A stretch of 64,000 bases of DNA from Octopus sinensis (GCF_006345805.1 NC_043012.1:47802001-47866000); one strand, 5' to 3'. Counted from the stretch's first letter, positions 12,278 to 26,518 are shown. The notes: a model not told the origin generated them from the sequence alone. Made by a program: numbers and translations.

Positions 12278-12697
12278 CTCTCTTTACTCTTTTACCCTTT
12301 TACTTGTTTCAGTGATTTCACTGCGGCCATGCTTGAGCACCGCCTTTAGTCGAGCAATTCGACTCCGGGACTTATTCTTTGTAAGCCCAGTACTTATTCT
12401 ATCGGTCTCTTTTGCCGAACCGCTAAGTGACGGGGACGTAAACCCACCAGCATCGGTTGTCAAGCAATGCTAGGGGGACAAACACAGACACACACACACA
12501 CACACACGCATATATATATATATAAACATATATACGACAGGCTTCTTTCAGTTTCCGTCTACCAAATCCACTCACAAGGCATTGGTCGGCTCGGGGCTAT
12601 AGCAGAAGACACTTACCCTAGATGTCACGCGGTGGGACTGAGCCCGGAACCATGTGGTTGGTAAGCAAGCTACTTACCACACAGCCACTCCTGCGCC
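12278..12697 (-). mobile_element. SINE family A
   Basis: Full family A consensus on the minus strand. Confidence 0.85.
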
Positions 12698-13242
12698 TAT
12701 AAGTTTCTTTTATTTTATTTCTTTGGATCTAGTTTTTATTTGATGCGCAAAATATGCATTTTTTAAAGGGAAGTATAGAATCGGCTATAATAATGTAGCC
12801 TTTCAGTCTCATTGCTTTGAGGGTATAATGTGGTAGAGAAAAAATTGGAGTAAAATGTTAGAGGTTTAAAAATCGAAACCCTGAGTATTTTTAGCCAGGA
12901 GCGAGCTAGAAATTTTCTGCGTTTAGCAGAACGGTGTCAACTTTGAGGCTGTACACTGTGAAATTTATAGTTTAGCGTCTGACAGAAATACCCAATTAAA
13001 CCAACATGTATCATCTTACTGTTTCTTTTGTCTCTTCATTGACAGTATGTTCTTTATCATTTAAAAAAATTGTCATATTACTATATTTGTCTTCATGTGT
13101 TTACTATATGCGTACTTCAGTATTATGTATACCTGCCATGTATTTTCTACATCATAAATATATAAGTGTAATTGTGTGTGTTTGCATGTGTGTAAATAGG
13201 AGCGCCTGTCTCCAAAAATCCAAAGTTGAGTAACGTTTTCAG

Positions 13243-13348
13243 GCTTGGATTTGTAAACTACAATACAAAAATAGCACTGGTCAACAAAGAATTTGTCCCA
13301 AGGAAGAGAATACATGCATCTCAATTTTTTGGCATGCAGAATTCAAAA
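13243..13348 (+). CDS. Candidate exon, Cys-containing
   Basis: Acceptor CGTTTTCAG, donor GTAATG; frame AWICKLQYKNSTGQQRICPKEENTCISIFWHAEFK opens right after an in-frame stop at 13231. Confidence 0.2.
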
Positions 13349-13704
13349 GTAATGTCAAATTATTTGTATCACCTACAGTTTCTCTGTTCCATGATATCCC
13401 TCGCAGTTCCTGTTACTTGTGCTAAATTTCAGTTAAGCTGCTGAAATGTGAAGCTAACGGTTTAAGAAATACTCATAATTAATTTTTTTGTGAATAGAAT
13501 TAACCTAGTGAAATCACAAATCCAGCTATCTGAGTCATTGTGTCCCAAAGATATATGAAATGAAAAATATGTCGAAATACTAACACACAGGAAAAGCACA
13601 GAAAAATATGTGATATACTAATACACTGAAAAATTAAAACACACGGGTAAAATCAACATAGACAACAGCGGCACAGACAACAGTGAACCGCAACACAGCG
13701 TGCG

Positions 13705-13718
13705 GTTGTCATGGTAAC
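13705..13718. promoter_or_regulatory. RFX X-box-like palindrome
   Basis: GTTGTCATGGTAAC matches the X-box consensus; inverted CCAAT (GATTGG) about 30 bp downstream and a GGGGCGG box near 13893. Confidence 0.3.
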
Positions 13719-14325
13719 AAGCTACTAATGCCACGCAGTCTGTTGATTGGTTAAAATTACCAGAATTTCCCAAATTTAATTCCAAATAACATCAGATTCT
13801 TTAATTTACAAGATAAAGTAATTGGTTGATCGCAATCAAAATTCAGAGTTGCATCGACACACCAAAATTGAAAGCGATCTGTGTAAAATTAAGGGGGCGG
13901 TGCACATGTTGCGCATTAGAAAGACTAGATCCGTTTCTTTTTTAAACAAGCTGAGATGATATTGGAATAATGAGGCTTGAAATTTCAGCAGTTTGAAATT
14001 TCTTTTTTTAAATTGCCTATCCTTTCAAAGATTTTTGTAGACGATTTGCTATTGCCCATACATGGAAATCTCCTCTCTTATCAATGCAAGGAAAAATACA
14101 GTTGACACAGCTGGAAGCCGTGTCGTCGCGTGCATTCTCCATTTATCGAAAATAGTGGAAACAGATATCGCAAGCCACATCTTTCAACCAACAGACCACA
14201 CAAGACTAGTGTTTCTGTTATCGACTCAGAAATGATGTAATATGAAAAGCAATGCAGATGGGAGGTTAGTATGTGGTACTAATAAATTTCTACCAACACT
14301 ACGATCATTAATATTTTGAAGTTGA

Positions 14326-14533
14326 CAACCTGGCAGAATCATTAACACGTCAGCAAAATGGTTAGCGGCATTTAGTACGTCTTTATGTTCTATGTTCGAA
14401 TTCCGCTGAGGTCGACTTTGCATTTCATCCTTGCAGGATCGATAAAATAAGTAACAGTTGAGCACTGAGGTCGACGGAATCGACTTAACTCTTCCTCTTA
14501 ACTTGCTGGCCTTGTGCCAAATTTTGAAATCAA
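14326..14533 (+). mobile_element. SINE family B, decayed
   Basis: GAGGTCGACTTTGCATTTCATCC central domain and GCTGGCCTTGTGCC tail. Confidence 0.75.
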
Positions 14534-15059
14534 TATTTCTCTAAACGAAAATAAGAAAATACTACAACTACTGTTGCTGCTGCTGCTGTTACCGTGCTGT
14601 TGTTGTTCTGCTACTTCTACAAATGTCAAGGCTAGATGTGCTGCCACCAGAGATGAATGCTTTCATTGTTTTATGATCATTCTCATAGCAGGACGTGTTG
14701 GTGGGTTCGTAGGATAGGGTGAGCAGCACCGTTAGTTCTTTGAGATGTATGAATATGTCTAATACACTAAAATAATCAACCAGTGAGATAGAAGGTACCC
14801 TATGTAGTTGTTTGGCTTGCTATGAACAGCAATCATATCTCATTCAAATTACGCTGTGCTTTCTCTAAGAAAGTGGGGCAATTTAAATATCGCGGTGAAA
14901 TATATAACCTTGGATACATTATTCGAAAAAGCTATAAATGGTTAACTATTGTTTGAGTATTTTCTTTATACTTGTAAATTAACTAAAACTTAAATATATA
15001 TATATATATATACAGATAGATAGGTATATAGATATTATATATATATATTATACATATAA

Positions 15060-15068
15060 TGTGTGTGT

Positions 15069-15142
<74 letters not shown>
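15060..15142. repeat. (TG)n microsatellite
   Basis: Direct reading. Confidence 0.95.
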
Positions 15143-15147
<5 letters not shown>

Positions 15148-17217
15148 TGGTTCAGTTAATATAGAATTCTGTGAAAGATTGTCGTGTTTCAGAGACTACC
15201 ACTCTGCGTGTGTTTACGTCAGAGCCTGAATTATCTTTTCAAAATTAAACAGACATTTTTCTTGGTGATTTCAAAGCGATAACACTGCAAAAAAAAACAA
15301 AAAAAAAACAGAAAAAATTATTAATATACACTGATGCGTCAGTGAAATCTAAACTGATAGCTACAAGTAAACAAAAACTTGAAACCATGGATTTAATTAA
15401 TTCATTTATTGTTCATAGAAAAACGATTTTCTTTGTATAACGTATTATCCTTTATTATAGTTCTATTGATTTTATCTGACTGGCATATGATCTTAAGGAA
15501 AGAACAAATATTTTCTATAGCAGAAATTTGGGTTATTCAATCTCAAGTAAAAGGTTTCTATTCCGTTAGATTAAACCATTACACAATTTCTATTAATTTC
15601 TAGTTAATTGAGAGTTTTGTCATTAAACTCTCATATATAACGAATCGCTCTGCCTGGGACAAGTCTAATTTTTCTAAAGTACGTGTAAAATAAATTCAAT
15701 AATTACAGTTAATTGTAAAAGTTCAAACGTTGCAGTAATCATTTAAAGGTAAATAAATATTTTAGAGTCAGTCAACTGTTTAATCGGTCAGATTTATTTA
15801 TTTCGGGGATGTCTTATATTAAGAGGTCGATAAATGTCCTCTCTTATAAAAATCCATGTAGAGACTTTTCGTAAATGAATTCTGAAATGCTCCTTTGATA
15901 GGATATATGGAATTTTCACACTAATTTTGATACTCATCGCGAGAATAGAAATAGCGATATTTTCATTAATTTCTCAATGCTGTCTCCTTTAACAATATTT
16001 AAGTCAGCTTATAATTATTTGCTGCAAGAAGCTGAGTGTTGATAATGCACCAAATTAATGTCTTTCAAGTAGAATAAATTTTAATAATTCATGTATTACA
16101 TTACAGATATTAAGTTATAACTGAGAGAAATGTTTTGTTGAGATGATCTAATATGGTTTAGTGATAATGAATGACCACAACTCCCAACCAAATGAAACGG
16201 CTGGTGTCTCCGCTTAAAAAACAATACATAAACATGATAGAAACACAGAAACACTGTAGTAATGTTGAAATTCCTATTCGATACTCAGTAAATAGCTGCA
16301 AACTTTAAGCCTCACGTATAAGGATACAATTTTATGTATCTTGTCTATGCTGCTAAAATGAAAAGAGTTAAAATTTACGTCAGTGTTCTTCTACACTCCT
16401 AAGGCAATTATGTTATTGATTGGTCAATTTGACTTTGAAATATGTGTGCCAATAAATTACCAAGAGGTTATATTTAATCTAGTGATATTCAGTGGAAGTA
16501 GAGACGACAAAAGTAGGTGTCCAAGACAGAAAAAAAAACTTTATTCGTGGAGAATTCTTAGGACAATGCATATTTTTATGATTTATTAATTGTAATTGTT
16601 AGTCTGAGGGAGAACGGATAGCCGCAGCTAATTTAGGACTAACCTCACTGCTGGGAGCAAAGAATTATTCTTTTCTGAGCAAACTGGAGACCCGGCCCAA
16701 ATACTTGCATCAGTCTGCCAAACATTGGAAAGGAGTGAGATGGTACTGAAAACTAAAGACGTTTTAAGGAAGTTAATTGTTCGCCTAATTTTGTTTATAT
16801 TTTTTGGCGTAAATTAACTCTACAGTTGTAAAGTGGAAGCAATTTAATTAGTTTAACGAAAGCAGTTTTAGATCATTGATGATTTAGGAAAATACAATAA
16901 CCCGATCATTCTACTTCGTGTGGGTTTGAAACACTGCACCAATGTTGCAAATCCATTGTTTTGCGGGGGAAAAAAAGTATCGATTCGTTTATCAAATCAT
17001 AATACACCTACCAGTGTGTGCTGAAACAATATATTCTCACGTGCAGACACACGAGGTTTATTTTCTTTCAAATTCACCCACTTTATTTCATTCTTTATCA
17101 TTTTCTTCCTCTTTTTATCTTATGTTCTATGAAATCTTGCATTATAGCAAATTACAGAGAATAACTTCGTTGTTTAGATCCACTTTCACTAATGGACATG
17201 TCTTGTTACCATTCCAG

Positions 17218-17321
17218 AATGCAGAGAGAAAAAGAAAAGCTGCAAACCTTATAGTATACACTGACAGTTGCGATAGCTTGTTACATTTAAATTCAGGCAG
17301 TTCAGATTGGGCATATATTAA
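17218..17321 (+). CDS. Candidate exon (unassigned)
   Basis: Acceptor TGTTACCATTCCAG, donor GTATGC; single open frame NAERKRKAANLIVYTDSCDSLLHLNSGSSDWAYI. Confidence 0.2.
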
Positions 17322-17668
17322 GTATGCTAATAAAACACTTCTACATCTTCTGCATTATTTCTATTTAGCACATAAAACTCATAGAATATTCCCATTCAGA
17401 TATAAAGCATTTGATTTTAAAATGTTGTTCAATTTGACGCCTTTACAAAAAGTTTAATTTAAATTCATTCTCGTTGTATCAGTACATATACCACAAGTTT
17501 ATTGTTCATAAATATCCACTCTCCTTATCCATTATGCAATGAGTTCAACTACAGTACAGCTATATACTGTGACAATATAATATATAGAAGAATATGTCCT
17601 CATATTACTTATATTACCTATCAATATAACAGCCAAAATATATTTAATCTGCCTAACTCAACATTTTT

Positions 17669-17679
17669 CTATCTATCTG

Positions 17680-17748
<69 letters not shown>

Positions 17749-17831
17749 TTGTCTGTCTCTCTGTCTGTCTATCTATCTATCTATCCATCTACCTATATAT
17801 ATATATATCCCTTTCTCTTTCTGTATGTGTC

Positions 17832-17887
<56 letters not shown>

Positions 17888-17904
17888 CAGACAGGCAGAC
17901 TGAC

Positions 17905-17975
<71 letters not shown>

Positions 17976-17980
17976 CAGAC
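17669..17980. repeat. Inverted (CTAT)n / (GATA)n microsatellite pair
   Basis: (CTAT)n at 17669-17791 and (GATA)n at 17832-17980. Confidence 0.9.
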
Positions 17981-18060
17981 GTACATGCGTATTTATTTGC
18001 ATGAATGTATACACAGATACACACACATATACACGCATAATATATACAGTTACATATGCG

Positions 18061-18167
18061 TTGTAGGCGCGCTGACAAACGATAAACAGTGGTAATTCGT
18101 ACTTTACACACTTGCCTCACTCTTTTAATTCCAAATCCAAGAGAGCACCCTTCATATAAACAACCTA
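18061..18167. repeat. 107-bp local direct repeat, copy 1
   Basis: 98/107 identical to 21621-21727. Confidence 0.9.
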
Positions 18168-18505
18168 TATGAATGTGTTATTCTCGTTTTACTATAACAT
18201 TTATATATACGTATACAAATACACATTTATATATGTACCAAAACATACATACATTGCAGGTAGCTTGTTTGTAAGTGTGATTATGCACGCTGTAATAGAT
18301 TTCAACAGTCTCAGTGAGAGAGAGAGAGAGAGAGAGCGCACTAACTTATATAAGATAAAGGATTAATATATAATATAGGATTATAGTTCCACCTAATAAT
18401 AATTTGTTGCTCAAAGTTTCATGTCCCTATTCTTCGATATTCCTCAAATCTGGTTGGCTGATTGGTAGAACTAACACTGATTTTACAATATTTCCTTCAA
18501 CCCAA

Positions 18506-18718
18506 GGCGGCTAGCTGGTAGAAACGTTAGCACGCTGAGCGAAATACTTAGCAGTATTTCGTCTGTCTTCATGTTCTGAGTTCAAATTCTGCTGAGGTCG
18601 ACTTTGCCTTTCATAATTTCGGAATCGATAAATTAAGTCGCAGTTGTGTACTGGGGTCGATCTAATCAACTGGCCTCCTCCCCAACAGTTTCTGGACTTG
18701 TTCTTAGAGTAGAAAAGA
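18506..18718 (+). mobile_element. SINE family B
   Basis: GGCGGCTAGCTGGTAGAAACGTTAGCACG head and central domain. Confidence 0.8.
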
Positions 18719-19158
18719 CATTTCCTTGAAACCGGTTAGTAAATAATATAGAGAATAAAAGAACGCTTTCGACAAGTGGCAAATGGCTACTAAAACTTTC
18801 GATGCAACAATTTCTTTCATGAAATGATGTTCAGATGTTTATAGCGGAGAAACAATGCCTTTCATATTCGTTGTAATCAATCAACTCGTTGAGAGCATAA
18901 AAGGGCCAGGACATAATGGGTTCAAACCGAAATGCATATATTAGCCATTTCACAGTTAGAGATGGAAGATTTCTTCTTCCTTCTAGAATTGGGTCTTTCG
19001 TAAAAGGTCTTGATGGTGCACTTCCTCATTCCATACTATATAAATGCAAATAAACACATATACATGCATATATACATACGCATTGGTATGCGTGTATGAG
19101 TGTGTGTGCGCGCGCGTGTATATAAATATATATATATTTATGTATATATTTATGTATA

Positions 19159-19564
19159 GGCGCAGGAGTGGCTGTGTGGTAAGTAGCTTGCTAACCAACC
19201 ACATGGTTCCGGGTTCAGTCTCACTGCGTGGCATCTTGGGCAAGTGTCTTCTACTATAGCCCCGGGCCGACCAATGCCTTGTGAGTGGATTTGGTAGACG
19301 GAAACTGAAAGACGCCCATCGTATATATGTATATATATATATGCGTGTGTGTGTTTGTGTGTCTGTGTTTATCCCCCTAGCATTGCTTGACAACCGATGC
19401 TGGTGTGTTTACGTCCCCGTTACTTAGCGGTTCGGCAAAAGAGACCGATAGAATAAGTACTGGGCTTACAAAAACAATAAGTCCCGGGGTCGAGTTGCTC
19501 GATTAAAGGCGGTGCTCCGGCATGGCCGCAGTCAAATGACTGAAACAAGTGAAAGAGTAAAAGA
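19159..19564 (+). mobile_element. SINE family A
   Basis: Full family A consensus. Confidence 0.85.
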
Positions 19565-19587
19565 TATATATATATATATATATATAT

Positions 19588-19980
19588 ACTGTTTTACTTG
19601 TGTCAGTCACTTGACTGAAGCTATGGAGCACCGCCTTTAGTCGAGCAAATCGGCCCCAGAACTTATTCGTTGTAAGCCTACTACTTATTCTATCGGTCTT
19701 TTTGCCGAACCGCTAAGTTACGAAGACGTAAACACACCACCATCTGCTGTCAAGCTTTGCGGGGGGACAAACACAGACACAGAAACATATACACACACAC
19801 ACATAAATATATACATATATACGACTGGCTTCTTTCAGTTTCCGTGTACCAAATCCACTCACAAGGCTTTGGTTTGCCAGAGACTATAGTAGAAGACACT
19901 TGCCTAAGGTGCCACGCAGTGGAACTGAACCCGGAACCATGTGGTTGGTAAGCAACCTACCACACAGCCACTCCAGCGCC
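19588..19980 (-). mobile_element. SINE family A
   Basis: Full consensus on the minus strand, tail-to-tail with the previous copy. Confidence 0.85.
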
Positions 19981-19988
19981 TATTTATA

Positions 19989-20060
<72 letters not shown>

Positions 20061-20383
20061 ATATATATAGGTGTATATGTATATATATAGGGATACAAAC
20101 AGCCTTGTACAATGTGATATAAAGGAAAATTTCAATTGTCCCTAAGGGTGCCGTACCACCTATATTGCTAGATGTAAGAGTTAAAATACGCTCAATGCTG
20201 TAAGAAGAGCACACATATATACATATATAGCATTAAGAGTATTTCAAGTCTTATTTCTAGCATTTTATGTTCTTCGGTACTCTTTCCCACTATTAATGAC
20301 GGTTGTATATGTATATATATATATATAATATATATATATATTATATATATATATTATATATATATATATATATATATTTATAC

Positions 20384-20581
20384 GTATAATAAGGGATGAC
20401 TACTAAGTGGACATCCAATATGCTAGAAGATCATCTACGATCTAACCACATCTGTCTTACCCGCTTATGTTCTGGTGTTTGCTGAATTTCTCTAGAGAAC
20501 ATTCTTTTCTTTCTGGTTAGATCGTAGATGATCTTCTTCTAGCATATTGGATGTCCGCTTAGTGGTCATCCTTTATTCTAC
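20384..20581. mobile_element. Fold-back element, ~65-bp inverted arms
   Basis: 20384-20448 is the reverse complement of 20514-20581 with a few substitutions and one 3-nt indel. Confidence 0.75.
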
Positions 20582-20721
20582 GCATGTATTACAATGTTTC
20601 TGAATTTTCAGATTTTTCTATATGCTAGGCAACTGGTTTTAAATTGATGTTAATTTAATTAATATTCAATTTATCACCCTCATTATTTTTAAGTTTCATA
20701 TATATATATACACATACACAA

Positions 20722-21124
20722 GGCGCAGGAGTGGCTGGGTGGTAAGTAGCTTGCTAACAACCACATGGTTCCGGCTTCAGTCCCACTGCGTGGCATCTTG
20801 GGCAAGTGTCTTCTGCTATAGCCCCGGGCCGACCAATACCTTGTGAGTGAATTTAGTAGACGGAAACTGAAAGAAGCCTGTCGTATATATGTATATATAT
20901 ATATGTGTGTTTGTGTGTCTGTGTTTGTCCCCCTAGCATTGCTTGACAACCGATGCTGGTGTGTTTACGTCCCCGTCACTTAGCGGTTCGGCAAAAGAGA
21001 CCGATAGAATAAGTACTGGGCTTACAAAGAATAAGTCCCGGGGTCGATTTGCTCGACTAAAGGCGATGCTCCAGCATGGCCGCAGTCAAATGACTGAAAG
21101 AAGTAAAAGAGTAAAGAGTAAAAG
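20722..21124 (+). mobile_element. SINE family A
   Basis: Full family A consensus. Confidence 0.85.
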
Positions 21125-21620
21125 ATTATACATATATATACACATATATGCATACATACATATATATGTATGTATGTATGCATATATATGTATATATATA
21201 TGTATGTGTATATATATATATACATACATACATATATAAACATATATATGCATACATATATATATAAATATATATATATACATATATATATATGTGTGTA
21301 TATATATGTGTGTGTGTGCGTGTGTGTGCGTGTGTGTGTGTGTGTGTGTGTGCGTGTGTGTGTATAAATGTATTTATGACTACTGGACAATCTCTCACTA
21401 AACTCGCTTGACAATGTGGATGTGATTCCAATTTATTTTTTTATTTTTCTGCTTTTTTCCCCTCACAAACACATTAGGTATACAGGAAAAGTTTCAATTT
21501 AAATAATCGTACTGTTTTGAAATGGTGGCAAGTTTGACTGTTGAAGGATAATTTTTAACATGTTAATGCTGTTTATTTCAGTAGTTCTGATATAAATAAA
21601 TATTTATTCGTAGCAGAAAA

Positions 21621-21727
21621 TTGTAGGCGTGCTGACAAATGATAAGCAGTGGTAATTCGTACTTTACACGCTTGCATCATTCTTCTAATTCCAATTCCAA
21701 GAAAGCACCCTTCATATAAACAACCTA
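21621..21727. repeat. 107-bp local direct repeat, copy 2
   Basis: 98/107 identical to 18061-18167. Confidence 0.9.
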
Positions 21728-22893
21728 ATTGAATTTGGTATACCCTTTTTATTAAACCATTTCTTTTATTGTAATGTATTTTACCCGCAAGATATTCAAT
21801 TAAAATATACTGATCATAACAACCGTATAATAATTCTCATCATTTTTATTACCGTTATTTTTGTTTGCAAAGAATGGATTTTTGTTCATGTTTCGTAAGT
21901 TGTCTTTAAAGTGTGTTGCTTTATTAGTCGCTATTCCAAATTTCTTTGAGCTGGTAACTAAATAACTCAGCTAAATGTAAGTGCGAAGTTTGAGAATTGG
22001 AATTTTAAAGTTAATAGCTCTAGACAAAAAAATATCACTATGGCTTCCGAAATCGAGGGAAGTGGTAACTGTTGGAACAACCGTTATGTCATTGTTTACC
22101 CACCAGAGATAGAAGCAGAAGCAACAACAACAATATCAATAGCAACAGCATCAAAAGCAACATTAGAGACAAGCAACATATATTTTTAAATGACTCAAAA
22201 ACGAACTTCACCGCTGTTCCCAATACCAAAACAACACCGCCACCACTACCACTAACACCTGCAATACAAACATTAGTAAGGCAACAACGGCCGTTCTTAC
22301 TTCTGAGTAGAACGGGAAAGGTTTCACATAAGTCTCTCGAAAAATTGTAAAAGTTAATCTAGCAATAAAAGTCAAGTGACTCTAACCTGCTGAACAGTCT
22401 TCTTTAACATACTAGAGGAAGTTGAAAAAGACAATGAAAACCACAAAAAAAAACTCTAAATTCATTTCGAAAAGTACGAAGAGATGAGTGCGTGTGTTCA
22501 TGCATGTGTTTATTGGGTTTGTTGTTTCAACTAACACTAATGCTCTACTCAAAGATTGGTCACTTTTCTTGAAAATTTTTCTGTCACGTTTCACTAATCT
22601 ATCACTCCTATAACAGAACATCCAAAAAGTTCTTAAAACGATGCTATTTTATGATCACACCGTACTACACAGACATGTTTCAGCATTCAAATTAAAACAA
22701 AATATGAAATTAGAGTGTAATTTGTTCAAATCAATGAAAAATATCTTGCAATTTATTCTTTTATTTTATTCCGACAAACGTACGTCTGAACATCATAAAT
22801 AAATACACACGCAGAGTTCCGGACGCTTAAACACAGCCGATAACACTTTGGCAATCAGTTCTATTCATGACGTGGCGTTTTTTATTATACAGG

Positions 22894-22934
<41 letters not shown>

Positions 22935-23094
22935 ACCTAACTAGTTCCTTGCAATGAATAAATGAATAAATGATCTCCGATTGAAAGGTTGAAATTTTCG
23001 TCTCCGTAAACATTTAGTTTTAATTCATTTATTTTAAATTCAATGCAAAATGGATTACGAATGTTTGTATAATGCAATCTATATACTGCTTTCA

Positions 23095-23296
23095 AATTTT
23101 GGCACAAGGTCATCAAGATTGATTTGAGGGAGGGTAAGTCAAATAAATCGACCGCAGTACTCAACTAGCAGTTATTTTGTCCACTCCGGAACGGGGTGTA
23201 AGACCTCGGTGGAATTTCAACTCAGAACGTAAGATCGAATGAAATCGGGCTCAACATTTTCCCCTGCGTGCTAATGATTTACGATCTCGCTGCCTT
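23095..23296 (-). mobile_element. SINE family B, decayed
   Basis: GACCTCGGTGGAATTTCAACTCAGAACGTA and tail motifs. Confidence 0.7.
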
Positions 23297-23481
23297 CGAA
23301 ATATTTAGAACGAATGCCATATGTATTTAAATACAGAGTTCAGTCACCGAAGCAAGGAGGCAACATGTATAGGACAAGATGACACTAAGCTTTCGAAGTT
23401 AATTGATATTGAACTGTATAAACATAATTTTGAAATCAAGTATAATTTTGATAATAGTAAATGTATACATGTACATACGTA

Positions 23482-23540
<59 letters not shown>

Positions 23541-23722
23541 ACACCCTTTTCAAATACACAGACACACACACGCACGCGCGCACATACACACACATACACT
23601 CTCTCACAAGGCAATGATAAAAAGGAAATCCAGAGAGTGTTTTGAAAAGTGAACTTTGCTCCCCTCCCCTCCTTGGAGTGACCAGCTGGATTTGCCATTG
23701 CTAAAAGCCAAGAATTACTTAC

Positions 23723-23740
23723 TATTCAAAGACGGACCAG
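23723..23740 (-). other. Candidate 18-nt micro-exon
   Basis: Minus strand TTTGTTGATATCTTTGCAG | CTGGTCCGTCTTTGAATA | GTAAGT. Confidence 0.2.
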
Positions 23741-24823
23741 CTGCAAAGATATCAACAAATTTTACTTCTTTCTCTCCTTTTTCCTCTCCTTCTTTTTTTC
23801 TTTAACACCCTTTTAGATACAAATACACACACGCGCGCTCTCTCTCACTTTCTCACCATTCCTCACCATCTTGTACTATCTTATATATCTCCCCACCTCT
23901 ACACACTCCATAATACTATAAAAAGAGTCAAAATTATATTATAGAAACGTTTTCTACCAGTGCCCTAGTATGTGTAGAAAGTCAATCGACACATTTTTCA
24001 TATAAAAATTACTGTACATTTAAACACAAAGAGGCCAGTCTTAACAGGTTGCCTAACATACGATTTGAAAAATTATAATATAGAAGGATGAGACACGTGT
24101 TATTTCGTCTTTAATTTATATGTTAATGTTTTGACGTATCCACTGATGAGAACTTCGCCGTGCAAATTATTTTATTTGCTAATTGCTCTTTCTGTTTAAT
24201 TGTACACTAATTTTATATGAAAAATATGTCTATTGACTTTGTGTATATACTAGGCCAGTGGTAGCAGTGTCAGTGTCCTCCTCCGCTCCCTCCTTCATGC
24301 CTTCGTCGGACTTCATGGTGTTGTTGCTGCTGCCCTCTGTAGTTCACATTGCTGCTGCTGTTTTTCACATTGTTCTTGCTGCTGCTGTAGTCGTCGTTAT
24401 CATCATCTTTCCTGCTAGTACTTTTGCACTTGCTATTGTCGTGATACCAACAAGAAGAAATTATTTTTTTCTTTGGCGAGAAATGAATTTCACCTTCGGC
24501 TGCGTTTTTGTTCGCAGTTATAAGTCCACAGAACGCTGCTCTTGGTCAATTATTATTATTTTTCTGTAATCCGACGTTTTTTTACGATTAGAAAAATATT
24601 TTAAAAATCTTGCTTTCACAATAAAAATGCAAAAACAGAAAACAATTATTACACCCCCAAATGGGGATGCAATTACACAAAATGTTATCCCTACAATCCC
24701 GACAATGCAAGCAAAATACTTGTTAAATAAAATTTGGAAAACACGAGCTGCAATCAGCCGAAATGCTTGATAAAATTACAAATTACGGAGGTTCCACATG
24801 TATGGCTTCAAAGGCGGACGGCC

Positions 24824-26037
<1,214 letters not shown>

Positions 26038-26112
26038 CATAATAATGATGATGATGATAATATATAAGAATTATATTTTCCGTGAAAATTTCATGGAAAA
26101 TATAAAAAATGT

Positions 26113-26518
26113 AAGCAGGATTGGCAGTATGTTAAGTAGCTTGCTTACCAACCACATGGTTCCGAGTTCAGTTTCACTGCGTGGCACCTTGGGCCGGTAT
26201 CTTCTACTATAGCCTCGAGCTGACCAAAGCCTTGTGAGTGGATATGGTAGACGAAAACTGAAAGTAGCCCGTCGTATATATGTATATGTATGTGTATATG
26301 TTTGTGTGTCTGTGTTTGTCCCCCCAACTTTGCTTGACTACCGATGCTGGTGTATTTACGTCGACGTAACTTAGCGGTTCGGCAAAAGAGACCGATAGAA
26401 TAAGTACTAGGCATGCACAGAATAAGATCTGGGCTCGATTTGCTCGATTAAAGGCGGTACTCTGGCATGGCCGTAGTCAAATAACTGAAACAAGCAAAAG
26501 AGTAGAAGAGTAAAGAGT
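26113..26518 (+). mobile_element. SINE family A
   Basis: Family A consensus with a decayed head. Confidence 0.8.

Noticed and set aside
16942-17457. 171-aa ORF as a single-exon gene
   Set aside because: No recognisable domain, low-complexity F/L/S/Y middle; only the internal AG..GT segment was kept as a weak candidate
18061-18164. Minus-strand frame CLYEGC..RLQ, open in both duplicated copies, as a coding exon
   Set aside because: 8 of 9 differences are non-synonymous, consistent with neutrality
24142-24170. CTGATGAG as a hammerhead half
   Set aside because: No GAAA partner at canonical or N25 spacing
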